From: a bacterium
Lineage (GTDB): Bacteria > Zhuqueibacterota > Zhuqueibacteria > Residuimicrobiales > Krinioviventaceae
NCBI GenBank assembly: GCA_963675755.2
Contig: CAXXMD010000002.1
Span: forward strand, 2,016,001-2,080,000
Reading direction: 5' to 3'
DNA: 64,000 bases
Each line of letters opens with the position of its first letter. Position 1 is the first letter of the stretch. Position numbers and translations under genes: made by a program. Below the pieces are notes generated by a model. That model made no database searches and was not told where the DNA came from. It worked only from the letters and a program-made list of their open reading frames with translations. Below are positions 25,817 through 36,670 of the stretch, in pieces.

Positions 25817-28800
25817 TTATTTGATCAAAATCATCTTTTTCATATCTATAAAATCACCCGCCTTGATCTTGAAATAATACAATCCGCTGGAATGATTCAC
25901 ACCATTCCAATTGATCTGATGGGTGCCTGCGTTTCGATTTTCTGAAATCAACCGATCTACCAACTGACCATTACTGTTGTATACCGATAATTCCACAAAA
26001 GCAGATTTTGGTAAATCAAAACTAATATGAGTAGTCGGATTAAATGGATTCGGATAATTCTGGTATAAATTAAACCGGGTTGGCAACGCGCCCGTATCTT
26101 CAATACCTGTAGGATGATCTACAACAATCAGCTTTTCTTTAATCATCGTATCACTTCCACCAGGTCCGGCTACTGTCAACGAAACAGTAAATGAATCCGC
26201 TGTTGTATATTCGTGCAGTGGATTCTGGTCGTCACTGCTACTGCCATCACCAAAATCCCATAACCACTCGGTTATAACACCGCTGGAACTGTCAGAAAAC
26301 TGTACAGTAAATGGATAAGCACCAGCAGTAGAATCAACTGCAAACGCAGCAATGGGAGCAGGTTCTATTACAATAATATAATTTGTTTTAACGCATGTAT
26401 CTGATCCACCCGGCCCGGATACAGATAAAGAGACTGAAAAAGTATCAGCAACTGTATAGGTATGTTCCGGATTTTGCTCATCACTGGTTTCTCCATCACC
26501 AAAATCCCATGACCATTCAGTTATCGTTCCGGTAGAACTGTCAGCAAACTGTACGGTCAATGGTGCAATACCTCCGGTTGTATCAGCCGCAAAAACAGCT
26601 ACCGGTTGCGCTTCATTAACAACAATATAATTTTCCTTTACTAATGTATTTAAACCGTCCGGTCCTTCTACCGTTAATGATACAGAAAAAGAATCTGCTG
26701 TTTCATAAACATGCAGAGGATTCTGTTCAGTACTTGAATTGCCATCACCAAAATCCCATAACCATTCAGAAATATAACCGGTAGACAGATCCTGAAATTC
26801 TACCTGCAAAGGTGAAATCCCGTTTGTGGGCTCTGCTATAAAATTAGCTATCGGTTCAACACTCATGAACGAGGTGTTTTGGTAATTGCAGCCCAATTTA
26901 GGCCAGGGACTGTCAGCCAAGCCATAGCTCTCGGTCTGTAAACAATAAAAGTTACCATCGTTGGATCCAATATACAATTTACCATTCATATCCAATGAAG
27001 GTGAAGAAACAATCTCTCCGCTAGTAGCATATTTCCAATTCAGTGTCCCATCAGGATGAATAGCGTATACATTCTTGTCAGATGAGCCCACATAAATCAT
27101 ACCATCATATCCAACAGTAGGAGAAGATTCAATCGCAGCACCGGTTTCATACTGCCATTTTAATGTACCATCATTATTCAAAGCATACAAATTCTGGTCT
27201 AATGAGCCCACATAAATTGTACTGTCCGCACCAATCGATGGAGATGAGGTAACATTATCACCGGTTTGATATTTCCATTTCACAGTTCCATCAGAATTTA
27301 ATGCATACAAATTGCCATCATTTGATCCAAAATAAATTGTGCCATCATAATCAATCGCTGCTGAAGATCTCACATACTTGCCGGTATCATATTTCCATTT
27401 CACTGAGCCATCCGGATTAACTGCATACAAAATACCATCGTTCGATCCAAAATAAATTGTTCCATCTTGAGCGATTGAAGGAGTTGTATAAATTCGTCCA
27501 CCTGCCGGGACCGTCCACTTTCGTGACCCATCAGGATTTAACGCAAATAAATAACGACCTTCACTGGTAATATAAATTGTACTGTCTTTACCAATAGAAG
27601 CTGAACCTCTTAAATTTCCGGACAGATATGCATTCCAAACTTCTTGTCCATTATTATCGATTTTGTACAAACGGCCTGAACCTGCCGGTATATACAATTC
27701 ATTGTCAGGGCCAATAGTATTTGACGCTAAAACATACCCAAATTCATCGGTTTGCCAGTTCAACTCACCATCAGAGTCGAATGAATAACTATTTCCAATT
27801 GTAGATCCAATATAAACCTTACCATCATAATCTAAAGATGCCGAAGCTGAAATTTCACTAAAAGTATAAAATGTCCAGCTTATTGGGCCATAATAAGCAT
27901 TCATAACATCAGCAGATACTAAATTTTCCTGATTACGAACAGTGACTGCAAATTTATAATTTCCAAAATCATTACTATCAAATGATACTGTGGTAATACT
28001 TGAGGTTGAATCAGCAATAGTGACAGCACTATTTTCCGGTTTTTCAAGAACTCTCCAACTAAAACTCAATTCACTACCATTGGGGTCAAAAGATTGACTC
28101 GCATCAAGTCTTAAACTATTACCACTCGAAACATACTTTTGTATTTCATCAAAACCAACTTGAGGACTGTCAGTATTATAACTATTACTTGTACAGCTTG
28201 CATTTTTATGGCTTTTCGGCCAGGGGCTGTCCGCTAACCCATAACTCTCGGTTTGGAACGCATACAGTTCTGACTTTTGATTGGGATAGGTACCCGTAAC
28301 ACTATTAGCAATTAACAACCCTGTGTTTGTTATAGTGCTAATATTCATCATTCCATTAGATTTATATTTCCATTTTTCAGTTCCGTCAAAATTTATTGCA
28401 TATATGTACCAATCTGTCGAACCAATATAAATAGTACTGTCTGCTCCAATAATGAGGGGACGTGCGGAGCCACCATGAGTTTGATATTTCCAGATTTCAT
28501 TTCCGTCACGATCTAATGAATAAACATATTGATCTCGAGCATACAAATATAATCTTCCGGCAGGTCCAATTACTACAGACGCACCGGTAGTGTTCATTTC
28601 ATCAATATGCCATTTAATAGAACCATCTGGATTAACTGCAAAAATCCCATTAGTATTAGTAGCAACATAAATCGTACCGTCTGAATCTATAGTTGGTGTT
28701 GAAATATATTCTGCATCAAGTTCAATTCTCCATTTCAACTCTCCACCTGGCGATAATGCATACAAAATACTTTCCAGTGTACTAAAATAAATGGTACCAT

Positions 28801-29296
28801 CTGGCCCTATAGAAGGTGAATCCTCTATAAAACCAACTGCAGTATACTGCCATTTCAAGGTACCATCTGGATTAATTGCATACATGATCCCGTTACCTTC
28901 ACCTATATAAATGGTTCCGTCATCTGCTAACGCAGGTGTATGCATAAAAGCATTTTCACACAAAAATTTCCATTTTTCGGTACCATCAGGATTCAATGCA
29001 TAAAGATATGAATCCTGGTTACCTATATAAATAGTACCATCAGGCGCAACACAAGGTGCATCGCTAAATTCTTCTAATCCCGGGGTAAACTCCCATAACA
29101 AGTTACCGTCAAAATCAATAGCATATGCGGTTCCAATCTGAGAAGCCCAATAGAGTATATTTTCGCTACCTATAGCTACATCCCGATAAGTTGTTCCTCC
29201 AAAATCCTTTTTCCAAACAAGCTCTCCATCACTTTGCGCAAAACCAGCTGCTGTCATTATCATAATCATGAATACCGTTATCAGACGTACCTTCAT
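25817..29296 (-). CDS. Secreted PQQ/BamB-type beta-propeller protein with three PKD domains and a T9SS/FlgD-like C-terminal sorting domain
   Basis: Repeats SSPxIxxDGTIYxGSxDxxLYALNPDGTxKW, three WxWDFGDG..S..QNP PKD units and NYPNPFNPTT at the C-terminus. Confidence 0.9.
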   Translation of the reverse strand: MKVRLITVFMIMIMTAAGFAQSDGELVWKKDFGGTTYRDVAIGSENILYWASQIGTAYAIDFDGNLLWEFTPGLEEFSDAPCVAPDGTIYIGNQDSYLYALNPDGTEKWKFLCENAFMHTPALADDGTIYIGEGNGIMYAINPDGTLKWQYTAVGFIEDSPSIGPDGTIYFSTLESILYALSPGGELKWRIELDAEYISTPTIDSDGTIYVATNTNGIFAVNPDGSIKWHIDEMNTTGASVVIGPAGRLYLYARDQYVYSLDRDGNEIWKYQTHGGSARPLIIGADSTIYIGSTDWYIYAINFDGTEKWKYKSNGMMNISTITNTGLLIANSVTGTYPNQKSELYAFQTESYGLADSPWPKSHKNASCTSNSYNTDSPQVGFDEIQKYVSSGNSLRLDASQSFDPNGSELSFSWRVLEKPENSAVTIADSTSSITTVSFDSNDFGNYKFAVTVRNQENLVSADVMNAYYGPISWTFYTFSEISASASLDYDGKVYIGSTIGNSYSFDSDGELNWQTDEFGYVLASNTIGPDNELYIPAGSGRLYKIDNNGQEVWNAYLSGNLRGSASIGKDSTIYITSEGRYLFALNPDGSRKWTVPAGGRIYTTPSIAQDGTIYFGSNDGILYAVNPDGSVKWKYDTGKYVRSSAAIDYDGTIYFGSNDGNLYALNSDGTVKWKYQTGDNVTSSPSIGADSTIYVGSLDQNLYALNNDGTLKWQYETGAAIESSPTVGYDGMIYVGSSDKNVYAIHPDGTLNWKYATSGEIVSSPSLDMNGKLYIGSNDGNFYCLQTESYGLADSPWPKLGCNYQNTSFMSVEPIANFIAEPTNGISPLQVEFQDLSTGYISEWLWDFGDGNSSTEQNPLHVYETADSFSVSLTVEGPDGLNTLVKENYIVVNEAQPVAVFAADTTGGIAPLTVQFADSSTGTITEWSWDFGDGETSDEQNPEHTYTVADTFSVSLSVSGPGGSDTCVKTNYIIVIEPAPIAAFAVDSTAGAYPFTVQFSDSSSGVITEWLWDFGDGSSSDDQNPLHEYTTADSFTVSLTVAGPGGSDTMIKEKLIVVDHPTGIEDTGALPTRFNLYQNYPNPFNPTTHISFDLPKSAFVELSVYNSNGQLVDRLISENRNAGTHQINWNGVNHSSGLYYFKIKAGDFIDMKKMILIK

Positions 29297-29567
29297 CGTT
29301 CCTCCTGTTTTTGGGTTAAAATTTGGAAAGCATTCTCCACCAATGCCACCCCGTTCTGTTTAACAGGCTACAATTCCAAAAGTTAAAAAATTCAATATAA
29401 TGCACTAGCACAAGATATTTTTTAACAATAACTTGCAACCAAATTAAACAATAGTACTAGAATCATACTTGTTACAAAACAATCTTGGTTTGAAACACGA
29501 GTATTACCCCTTGAATCGTCCCACCTCTAAAAGTAATAATATTTTTTCAAATAAAAAAACTTTTTCC

Positions 29568-29607
29568 AAAAAAAAAGCCCCGATCATCAATTATGATAAT
29601 CGGGGCT
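29568..29607 (-). terminator. Intrinsic terminator after csp
   Basis: agccccgat...atcggggct with a U tract on the minus strand. Confidence 0.75.
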
Positions 29608-29625
29608 CAAAGTCAATCTGGCACT

Positions 29626-29826
29626 CTATAGCTTTGAAACCTTGATTGCTTGCAAACCTTTACGGCCCTGTTCAACCTCGAACTGGACCTGCACACCTTC
29701 TTCTAATGTTTTATACCCATCCCCGTCGATTGCTTTATAGTGCACAAACACATCATCACCGGATTCTCTGGTTATGAATCCATAACCTTTTGCTCCATCA
29801 AACCATTTTACAGTTCCTGTTTCCAT
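29626..29826 (-). CDS. cspA: Cold-shock protein
   Basis: [24 protein letters not shown] motifs; 66 aa. Confidence 0.95.
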   Translation of the reverse strand: METGTVKWFDGAKGYGFITRESGDDVFVHYKAIDGDGYKTLEEGVQVQFEVEQGRKGLQAIKVSKL

Positions 29827-30311
29827 ACAAATCACCCTTTATTATTACAATTAAAGTACTACAGTATTACAACTTGCCGGATAAAAAAAAATCATCTTGA
29901 TTGCTGTGACAGGATACATCAGCATTCTTGACGATTATCTTAAACAGTTATTACTATATGAATTATCCTTGCTTCCGGGATTAATAGATGTAATCGAGTA
30001 CCATGTGTTAATATTTCAAGGTAAACATTACCCTGATACAATGCAACAAAAAAAAACATAAACTTTTACAATTTAACACAAAATTAACCCATATCGCCTT
30101 ATTTTGCCCCATTCAACCAAAAATCACACAACCAATCGTTTGTTTTAAAATCAATATATTTTACATATTACACGTCAGGATTGTTAAAAGCCTATATTTT
30201 TCAAAATAAACCAATTCCATCCTGTAATTTCACTCAATCGATATGCAATTAATAAAAAAGCCCCAGACAGATAGTAATGCCCGGGGCCCTGAATTAGTAA
30301 TGATGCCACAA

Positions 30312-31628
30312 TTAGTACTGTACTCTACCGGTAGCCTGTTCCCAATCAAAATAAGCGGCAAGGTAATCATACACTGCGGAATAATATCCCAACTGTGCCT
30401 GATCAAACATCAACCTTGCGTCTTTTAATTCCAACTGGGTAGACAATCCCGATTCTGTTGTAGTTTCTGTAATATGAAAGGCTTTCTCTGCTGTTTCCCA
30501 GGTAGCCTTTGCAGAAGCGATACGTTGATTTGCTTCCTTTAAACGTAAATACACATTCGATACTTCATTGGTAATATCTTCACGGGTTTTATCCATTTGC
30601 AGTCTTGTTTTTTCCAGCTCAACCTGTGCTTTTTGTACTTCTGCAAGCCGGTAACCACCCGTAAAAATGGGCAGCGATAAATTTAAACCGGCAAATAACA
30701 ACTTGTTCTCTTCATCGAATTTATAATAATTGGATTGAGAAGTATATGCATAAGCAACTTGACCAGTCAAAGTTGGTAAAAACGCTCCTTTTTTAGCACC
30801 CACATTTGTGGTGCGCAGCTTTTCTTCCCATTTCAGAGCATTCATATCCGGTCTTTTATCAAAAACCACAGACAATTCCTGCATTTCCGGAATTGGAGGA
30901 ACCGTTTCCAGGTTTCCCGTCAACTCAATTTCAGATTTAACATCAATTCCCGCAAAATTCTTGAGCGTATTCATTACAATCTTTTGATTTCGTCTGGCTT
31001 GCTCACTTTGCGGCACGGCACTGCGCCAGCGGGTTTCAGCTTGCAACAAGTCCAGCTCAGAGATTTGTCCATTGTCAAAACGCAGCTTCATAGTATTATA
31101 ATTCTCTAAAGCATTTGCCTCGGCTGCCTCACTTACTATTTTTACCTTTTCCAATAATAAACACTGGTAAAACAACTGTTTTGCTCCGGTAATAATAGCC
31201 TGATTACTGGCTTTGTAAATGTATTCTGTCAATTCTTCATACTGCCTGGCAGCCTTGATTGCACTGCCAACAGAAGGACTAAACAGAGTCTGCTGTAATG
31301 CCAGGGTAGCACTGTATTCATTATCGCGTTTAATCGGTGCCTTAATCACTCCACCGGCTCCCGGCATTAGAGAACCTGCGTCAAAATACATATAATAATC
31401 AGTTAAATTTCGAACATATCCGGCTTCGGCAGCTACTATTGGAAGCGCTTGAGAAATTGCTTCTTTTTTTTGAACGTCTGCCAGCTCCCGGTCTTTATCT
31501 GCCAATTTCAAATCTTTACTGTGCTCTTTAACAACTTCCAGATAGGCGTCAAGATCAAGCGTCTCTGCCAACAGTAACTGAAATCCGCACAATACCAGTA
31601 AAGTCATATATATGAAAATATTTTTCAT
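30312..31628 (-). CDS. tolC: TolC-family outer membrane efflux protein
   Basis: Signal peptide, two OEP repeats (LQQTLF; LSLPIFTG) and position downstream of the RND gene. Confidence 0.9.
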   Translation of the reverse strand: MKNIFIYMTLLVLCGFQLLLAETLDLDAYLEVVKEHSKDLKLADKDRELADVQKKEAISQALPIVAAEAGYVRNLTDYYMYFDAGSLMPGAGGVIKAPIKRDNEYSATLALQQTLFSPSVGSAIKAARQYEELTEYIYKASNQAIITGAKQLFYQCLLLEKVKIVSEAAEANALENYNTMKLRFDNGQISELDLLQAETRWRSAVPQSEQARRNQKIVMNTLKNFAGIDVKSEIELTGNLETVPPIPEMQELSVVFDKRPDMNALKWEEKLRTTNVGAKKGAFLPTLTGQVAYAYTSQSNYYKFDEENKLLFAGLNLSLPIFTGGYRLAEVQKAQVELEKTRLQMDKTREDITNEVSNVYLRLKEANQRIASAKATWETAEKAFHITETTTESGLSTQLELKDARLMFDQAQLGYYSAVYDYLAAYFDWEQATGRVQY

Positions 31629-31668
31629 TAAAATTATCTCCTTTGGTCCATTTCAACGAGCGAATACT

Positions 31669-34600
31669 TTACGCCTGCTTTTTCACCTTTTGTTTACTAG
31701 TCAAATAATAAAGTGTGGGTATTACAATCAAGGCCAACACTGTTGAAATCAGCAGACCACCAATACTAACAACACCCATAGGTTGACGAAATTCTCGTCC
31801 CGATGCCCCCATACCCAAAGCCATGGGCAGCATACCCAGAATAATAGCAATAGAAGACATGAGAATCGGTTTCAATTTTGTAGGACAAGCTTCTACCAAT
31901 GCGTCATGCACATTGTATCCTTTTTGACGGACCAACAGGTTTGTATAGTCCAGTAACAAAATTGCATTATTCACTACAATACCCAAAAGCATAATAATTG
32001 CCATCATTGAAATAATGTTCATGGAAATTCCTGTAATGTACAAACCTCCAAAAACACCAATCATCGCTAAAGGAACGGTACCCAATATCAATAAAGGCTG
32101 AGTTAAACTTTCCAAAATTGCCGCAAGCAGCATATATGTCAAAACTATAGCCAATACAAAGGTAAAAAGCATACTTTGTATAGTACTTTTCATTTCTTCT
32201 GCCATACCCGCCCATTCAACTTTATAACCAGTTGGCAATTCAAGGTCTGCAAGACGGCTATCTATCTCATTTGTTACATCACCCATAGGAACACCAGGTG
32301 CTGTCGATGCACCAAAATCTATCATTTTGAATTTATCTTTATGCAGAATTCGGGTAAATCCCTGGGTATATTTAATATCTGCAAGTTGCGAAATCTTGAA
32401 TGTTCCAGCAGGAGCAACAACTGAAATACTCTCTACCTCTTCAGGGGTATCAACAGACTCGTCAGATAAACTTACACGAATATCATACTCTTCACCCTGA
32501 TCACGGTATTTGGTGGTCACCAGACCTTCCAACGAACCGCGCAAAGTCATTGCCAAATCATAAATTGTCAATCCCGCATTCGAAAGCTTTTCACGGTCAG
32601 GTACAATCGTAATCTCTGGTTTACCAGGACGTGAACTGGTATTCAGGTTTATCAATCCGGGAACATCATGAATGCGTTCAACAATTTCTCTACGGTATTT
32701 TTCCAGTTCCTGAACATCCTGTCCCATTAAAGTAAAGTTAACAGGGGCTGTACCCATACCCATTGAAGAAGTAGCCTCAATTCTTAAACGAACATTAGGA
32801 AGATCAGACAACTTTTTAATTAATTCAGCCGCCATATGCTCAGTAGAAACATCACGCATTGCAACATTCACCAATTTTACATTAACCAATGCCATATTGG
32901 TACCTGTATCCATATCATTGATCTTACCCAATGTAGTTACAATGGTTTTAACTTCCGGATATTCTTCAATCCGGTTTTGCATTTCTTTTAATACCTGGGC
33001 AGTTTCATTCAAATTGTAACCAGTTGGCAGCTCAACTTCCATCTTGATATCGCCTTCATCCAGCTTGGGCATAAAGTCAAATCCAATCTGAGAAGCCATA
33101 AAAAAACTGCCAACAAACATGAATATACTAACCAAAATCACCATAAAGCTTCGCATTTTGTTCTTGATGATCCAGCTCAACAATCGTTTATACCAATCTT
33201 CCCATGCGGTAAACATGGCATTCATTTTTTTACCAATGGGATGTTTTTTTGTATCATGCTCTGGGATAATTAAAGAAGCCAGCATAGGTGTCAAAGTAAA
33301 TGACATTAACAATGAAAACAGTGTAGCATAAACTACTGTCAAAGCAAACTCTTTAAACATCATGCCCACAATACTACCCATATTTGCAATGGGTAAAAAT
33401 ACTGCTATATTGGTCATGGTAGATGCAATTACCGCAACCACAACCTCAGCCGTTCCTTTGGCAGATGCTTCACGACGACTATTCCCCATACTTTTATGCC
33501 GAAAAATATTTTCAAGCACAACAACAGAGTTCGAAACAAGCACACCCACCGCAGTCGAAAGTCCCATCAGGGTCATAAGGTTCAGGGTGAATCCTGAAAG
33601 TTGTAAAAGCATAAATGTGGATATAATAGACATGGGCATTGATAAAGCAACAATAATTGTTGAACGTAAATCGCTCAAAAAGAACAGCAATACAAGTCCG
33701 GTTAAAATCACACCCATAAAAATATTAGAAAGAGTATCTTTAACAGAACCTTCAATCAAAATAGAACTGTCTTTAATAATTGATAACTCACAACCCTCAG
33801 GCAATAGTTCCTGTAATTCCGGCATTCTTTCCTTAACAGCCGTTGCAATTCGTACGGCGTTACCATCTTTGGCCTTAACCAGTCCCAAAACCACAACATT
33901 ATCATTAGTAAGTTTATTAACATTATCTACAAATGTAGAACGTACCCGTACCTCTTCGGTAGCATCACGCACCTGGGCAAGTTCAGAAAGAGGTTTCATT
34001 CCAAAACCGGTTGGTACTTTTAATTGTTTCAGATCTTCAACAGTATCAAATTCACCTTCCAGACGAACCGAGTATTCCTGAGAACGCTGTTTAAAATTAC
34101 CACCAGGCATATCCATATTTTGCATCGAAAGCATTCCAGCCAGTTGACTGATGGATATTTTCTGCTGTAATATCGTACGGTTGTCAAACTCGACCTGAAT
34201 TTCACGTTCACCGCCACCGGTTACAGATACTTCACCAACACCCTGTATCTGAGAAAAACGGTCTGTCAGTGTTTTATCGGCCAGCTCATATAATTCTGTC
34301 ATTTCTATATTACCGGATAAAACAATATTCATGATCGGTTCAGAATTGATATCAAATTTCTGAATAATCGGCCTTTCAGCGTCACCCGGCATATCATTCA
34401 ATATTGCATCAACCTTGTCTTTCACTTCCTGATTGGCAATATCAACATCCTTGCTGAGTTCAAATCGAATAATTACAAATGATGCAGATTCCATGGAATA
34501 GGATTGTATATAATCTATTCCGCTTACTGTTGAAATTGCATCTTCAATTCTTTTGGTTATTTGCAGCTCCGTTTCCTGCGGACCCGCACCAGGATAAACC

Positions 34601-34746
34601 GTCTGAACCGTGATCATGGGAAACGTCATGTCAGGTGTAAGATCCAGGTTTAATCCAAAATATGATATAGCCCCAAACATCAGCAATGCCAGTAAAAGCA
34701 TCGATATCATAATAGGGCGTTTTATGGATATATCAGATAAAAACAT
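31669..34746 (-). CDS. RND efflux permease (AcrB/AcrD/AcrF family)
   Basis: SIKRPI, YPGAGP..E, VVVLENI, GIVVNNAILLLD and PILMSS motifs; 1025 aa. Confidence 0.95.
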   Translation of the reverse strand: MFLSDISIKRPIMISMLLLALLMFGAISYFGLNLDLTPDMTFPMITVQTVYPGAGPQETELQITKRIEDAISTVSGIDYIQSYSMESASFVIIRFELSKDVDIANQEVKDKVDAILNDMPGDAERPIIQKFDINSEPIMNIVLSGNIEMTELYELADKTLTDRFSQIQGVGEVSVTGGGEREIQVEFDNRTILQQKISISQLAGMLSMQNMDMPGGNFKQRSQEYSVRLEGEFDTVEDLKQLKVPTGFGMKPLSELAQVRDATEEVRVRSTFVDNVNKLTNDNVVVLGLVKAKDGNAVRIATAVKERMPELQELLPEGCELSIIKDSSILIEGSVKDTLSNIFMGVILTGLVLLFFLSDLRSTIIVALSMPMSIISTFMLLQLSGFTLNLMTLMGLSTAVGVLVSNSVVVLENIFRHKSMGNSRREASAKGTAEVVVAVIASTMTNIAVFLPIANMGSIVGMMFKEFALTVVYATLFSLLMSFTLTPMLASLIIPEHDTKKHPIGKKMNAMFTAWEDWYKRLLSWIIKNKMRSFMVILVSIFMFVGSFFMASQIGFDFMPKLDEGDIKMEVELPTGYNLNETAQVLKEMQNRIEEYPEVKTIVTTLGKINDMDTGTNMALVNVKLVNVAMRDVSTEHMAAELIKKLSDLPNVRLRIEATSSMGMGTAPVNFTLMGQDVQELEKYRREIVERIHDVPGLINLNTSSRPGKPEITIVPDREKLSNAGLTIYDLAMTLRGSLEGLVTTKYRDQGEEYDIRVSLSDESVDTPEEVESISVVAPAGTFKISQLADIKYTQGFTRILHKDKFKMIDFGASTAPGVPMGDVTNEIDSRLADLELPTGYKVEWAGMAEEMKSTIQSMLFTFVLAIVLTYMLLAAILESLTQPLLILGTVPLAMIGVFGGLYITGISMNIISMMAIIMLLGIVVNNAILLLDYTNLLVRQKGYNVHDALVEACPTKLKPILMSSIAIILGMLPMALGMGASGREFRQPMGVVSIGGLLISTVLALIVIPTLYYLTSKQKVKKQA

Positions 34747-34818
34747 AAATTTAAATCCTTATTCGTTAATCGATTTTAATATTCCACAATACTAAATAAT
34801 TCTATTCAAATATATTTA

Positions 34819-35856
34819 TCAGGAATCAGCAATAACCCTGATTTTTTCACCATTTTTCAATAACATTTGCCCACCAATAATCAACTGGTCACCAACAGAT
34901 AAACCATCAACAACTTCAATATCCAGTCCCTGGGTTCTTCCTGTTTTTATCTCACGTTTTTGTGCTTTTCCACCCTGGTTCACAAAAACATATCTCGAAT
35001 TATCTTCCACAATCACATTTTTTCTTTCAACAATAATGGTTTCATCACCTTCACCACTATAAATAGTAATTTCCGAGTTGATTCCGCTTTTAAAACGATT
35101 TCCGGAATTGTTCAGTTCTACCCAAACACCAAATGCCTGCATAGACGAATTCAACGACAAATCAACCTGGCTCACCTTTCCTTCAATTGCCAAACCCTGC
35201 CATTTTGCAGTTACTGTATCACCAACTTTAATCACTGCAGCCTGACTTTCAGAAGCCCACAGTTTGCCTTTCAACTTTTGTGTCTGACTTACTGTAAACA
35301 GATCATCACCAGGATTCACATTATCAGATTCCTGTACATTGATCTGTGAAATCGTTCCACTGATGGGGGCCTTAACCATTACGGATTGTTTTACCGCATT
35401 CCAGTTTGCTTCTGCAACTTTGAATTGGGTTTTCGTATTATCATAGTCCTGCAAAGAAATACCACCGCTGTTATACAGATTGGTCATACGATCCAGAGTT
35501 GTTTTTGCCAACTCGTAGGCAGACTTTGTTTGATTATATTGCGCGGATGGATTGTCTGTAGGAAAGCTAATGACAACCGCATCTTTTTTAACATAGTCAC
35601 CAACTTTGTAATGAATCTTGTCAACCTTGTCCGCAACCATTGCACTTGCGTTCGATTCGTGAATACCACTCAAAGTTGTATGAAAAGTATTTTCAATACT
35701 GAATTTGCTTTTTTCTATTTTCTGAACGGATACAGGTACACCTTCTTCTTTATAAATCTGCTCAAGACTTTTTGATCGAGATTCACTTTTAGTACAAGAG
35801 CTGATCATAAGAACAGTACTTATTGCCAATAATAATATAACGCTTCGGTTACGCAT
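34819..35856 (-). CDS. RND membrane-fusion lipoprotein
   Basis: Lipobox ISSC, VGDYVKK, KAPISGTI and GLSVGDQLI. Confidence 0.92.
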   Translation of the reverse strand: MRNRSVILLLAISTVLMISSCTKSESRSKSLEQIYKEEGVPVSVQKIEKSKFSIENTFHTTLSGIHESNASAMVADKVDKIHYKVGDYVKKDAVVISFPTDNPSAQYNQTKSAYELAKTTLDRMTNLYNSGGISLQDYDNTKTQFKVAEANWNAVKQSVMVKAPISGTISQINVQESDNVNPGDDLFTVSQTQKLKGKLWASESQAAVIKVGDTVTAKWQGLAIEGKVSQVDLSLNSSMQAFGVWVELNNSGNRFKSGINSEITIYSGEGDETIIVERKNVIVEDNSRYVFVNQGGKAQKREIKTGRTQGLDIEVVDGLSVGDQLIIGGQMLLKNGEKIRVIADS

Positions 35857-35887
35857 TCATGCCTCCATGATTTCAGTTATTTATAAT

Positions 35888-35909
35888 ATACATTCATATA
35901 TGTATGTAT
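35888..35909. promoter_or_regulatory. Probable TetR/AcrR operator upstream of the efflux genes
   Basis: atacattcata|tatgtatgtat, a palindrome with one mismatch. Resembles the TACATACA half-site of AcrR operators. Confidence 0.6.
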
Positions 35910-35950
35910 TGTATGTAAAAAATTTTTCCCTTTTTATACTCATTATTCAT

Positions 35951-36574
35951 CTACATTGGGTTATCATCCTTATTTTTTAATCCATGAATAAATAGGTCAA
36001 ATAATTCTTTAGGATTTTCAATATCAACCAAATTCCTTCTTCTCTTAATATAAATATCAGCAAAGCCGGCTATAGTGGCGCTCATTAAAGTACTGAAATA
36101 ACTTGGATTGACGGGACGAATCTCTCCCTGGTTTATCCCCTCCTGCACAATTGCAGAAAACATATTAAAAAATTTCATTCCGCGCTCTTGAAAATATTCT
36201 TCAATTTCCGGCATTTCATGTATCGTTCGTTTATCCATAAATTCAAGATTTTGGTTTTCAAGAAATTCTTTATCCTCTTTTAGCTTTTGTAAAAAAACAC
36301 AAAATATTTTTTCTAATTTTTGTAAAGGTGTTATATCCTCTACCAATACATTATCAAAAATTTCAAAAAACGGATCAAGCCGTTCTTTGAATAGAGCAAT
36401 CAATAATTCTTTTTTATTCCCAAAGTGCCAATAGATTGCACCTCTTGTTAATCCAACATGTTCTGCAACATCAGACAAACGGAAAGCGTTGAATCCTTTT
36501 TCACTGATCACATGCAATGCAGATTTAAGTAATAATTTCCGTGTTTGTTCGGCTTCTTCTTTAGTACGTCGCAT
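35951..36574 (-). CDS. TetR/AcrR-family regulator
   Basis: MRRTKEEAEQTR...GLTRGAIYWHFGNK. Start placed at ATG 36574. Confidence 0.93.
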   Translation of the reverse strand: MRRTKEEAEQTRKLLLKSALHVISEKGFNAFRLSDVAEHVGLTRGAIYWHFGNKKELLIALFKERLDPFFEIFDNVLVEDITPLQKLEKIFCVFLQKLKEDKEFLENQNLEFMDKRTIHEMPEIEEYFQERGMKFFNMFSAIVQEGINQGEIRPVNPSYFSTLMSATIAGFADIYIKRRRNLVDIENPKELFDLFIHGLKNKDDNPM

Positions 36575-36597
36575 TTCTTCCCTTATATTTAAAAAAT

Positions 36598-36618
36598 TAC
36601 ATACATACTTGTACGTAT
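36598..36618. promoter_or_regulatory. Second TetR operator-like site (autoregulation)
   Basis: tacatacatac-tt-gtacgtat just upstream of the regulator start. Confidence 0.5.
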
Positions 36619-36670
36619 TTATTCGGAAAAGTTCCAAAAATATTTAGTTTTTTTTCTTATTTTTTGTAAT

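Noticed and set aside
33362-34081. Long antisense ORFs (e.g. 33362-34081, 21806-22450, 11841-12398, 58524-58976)
   Set aside because: Shadow frames opposite well-supported genes, with no motifs or SD.
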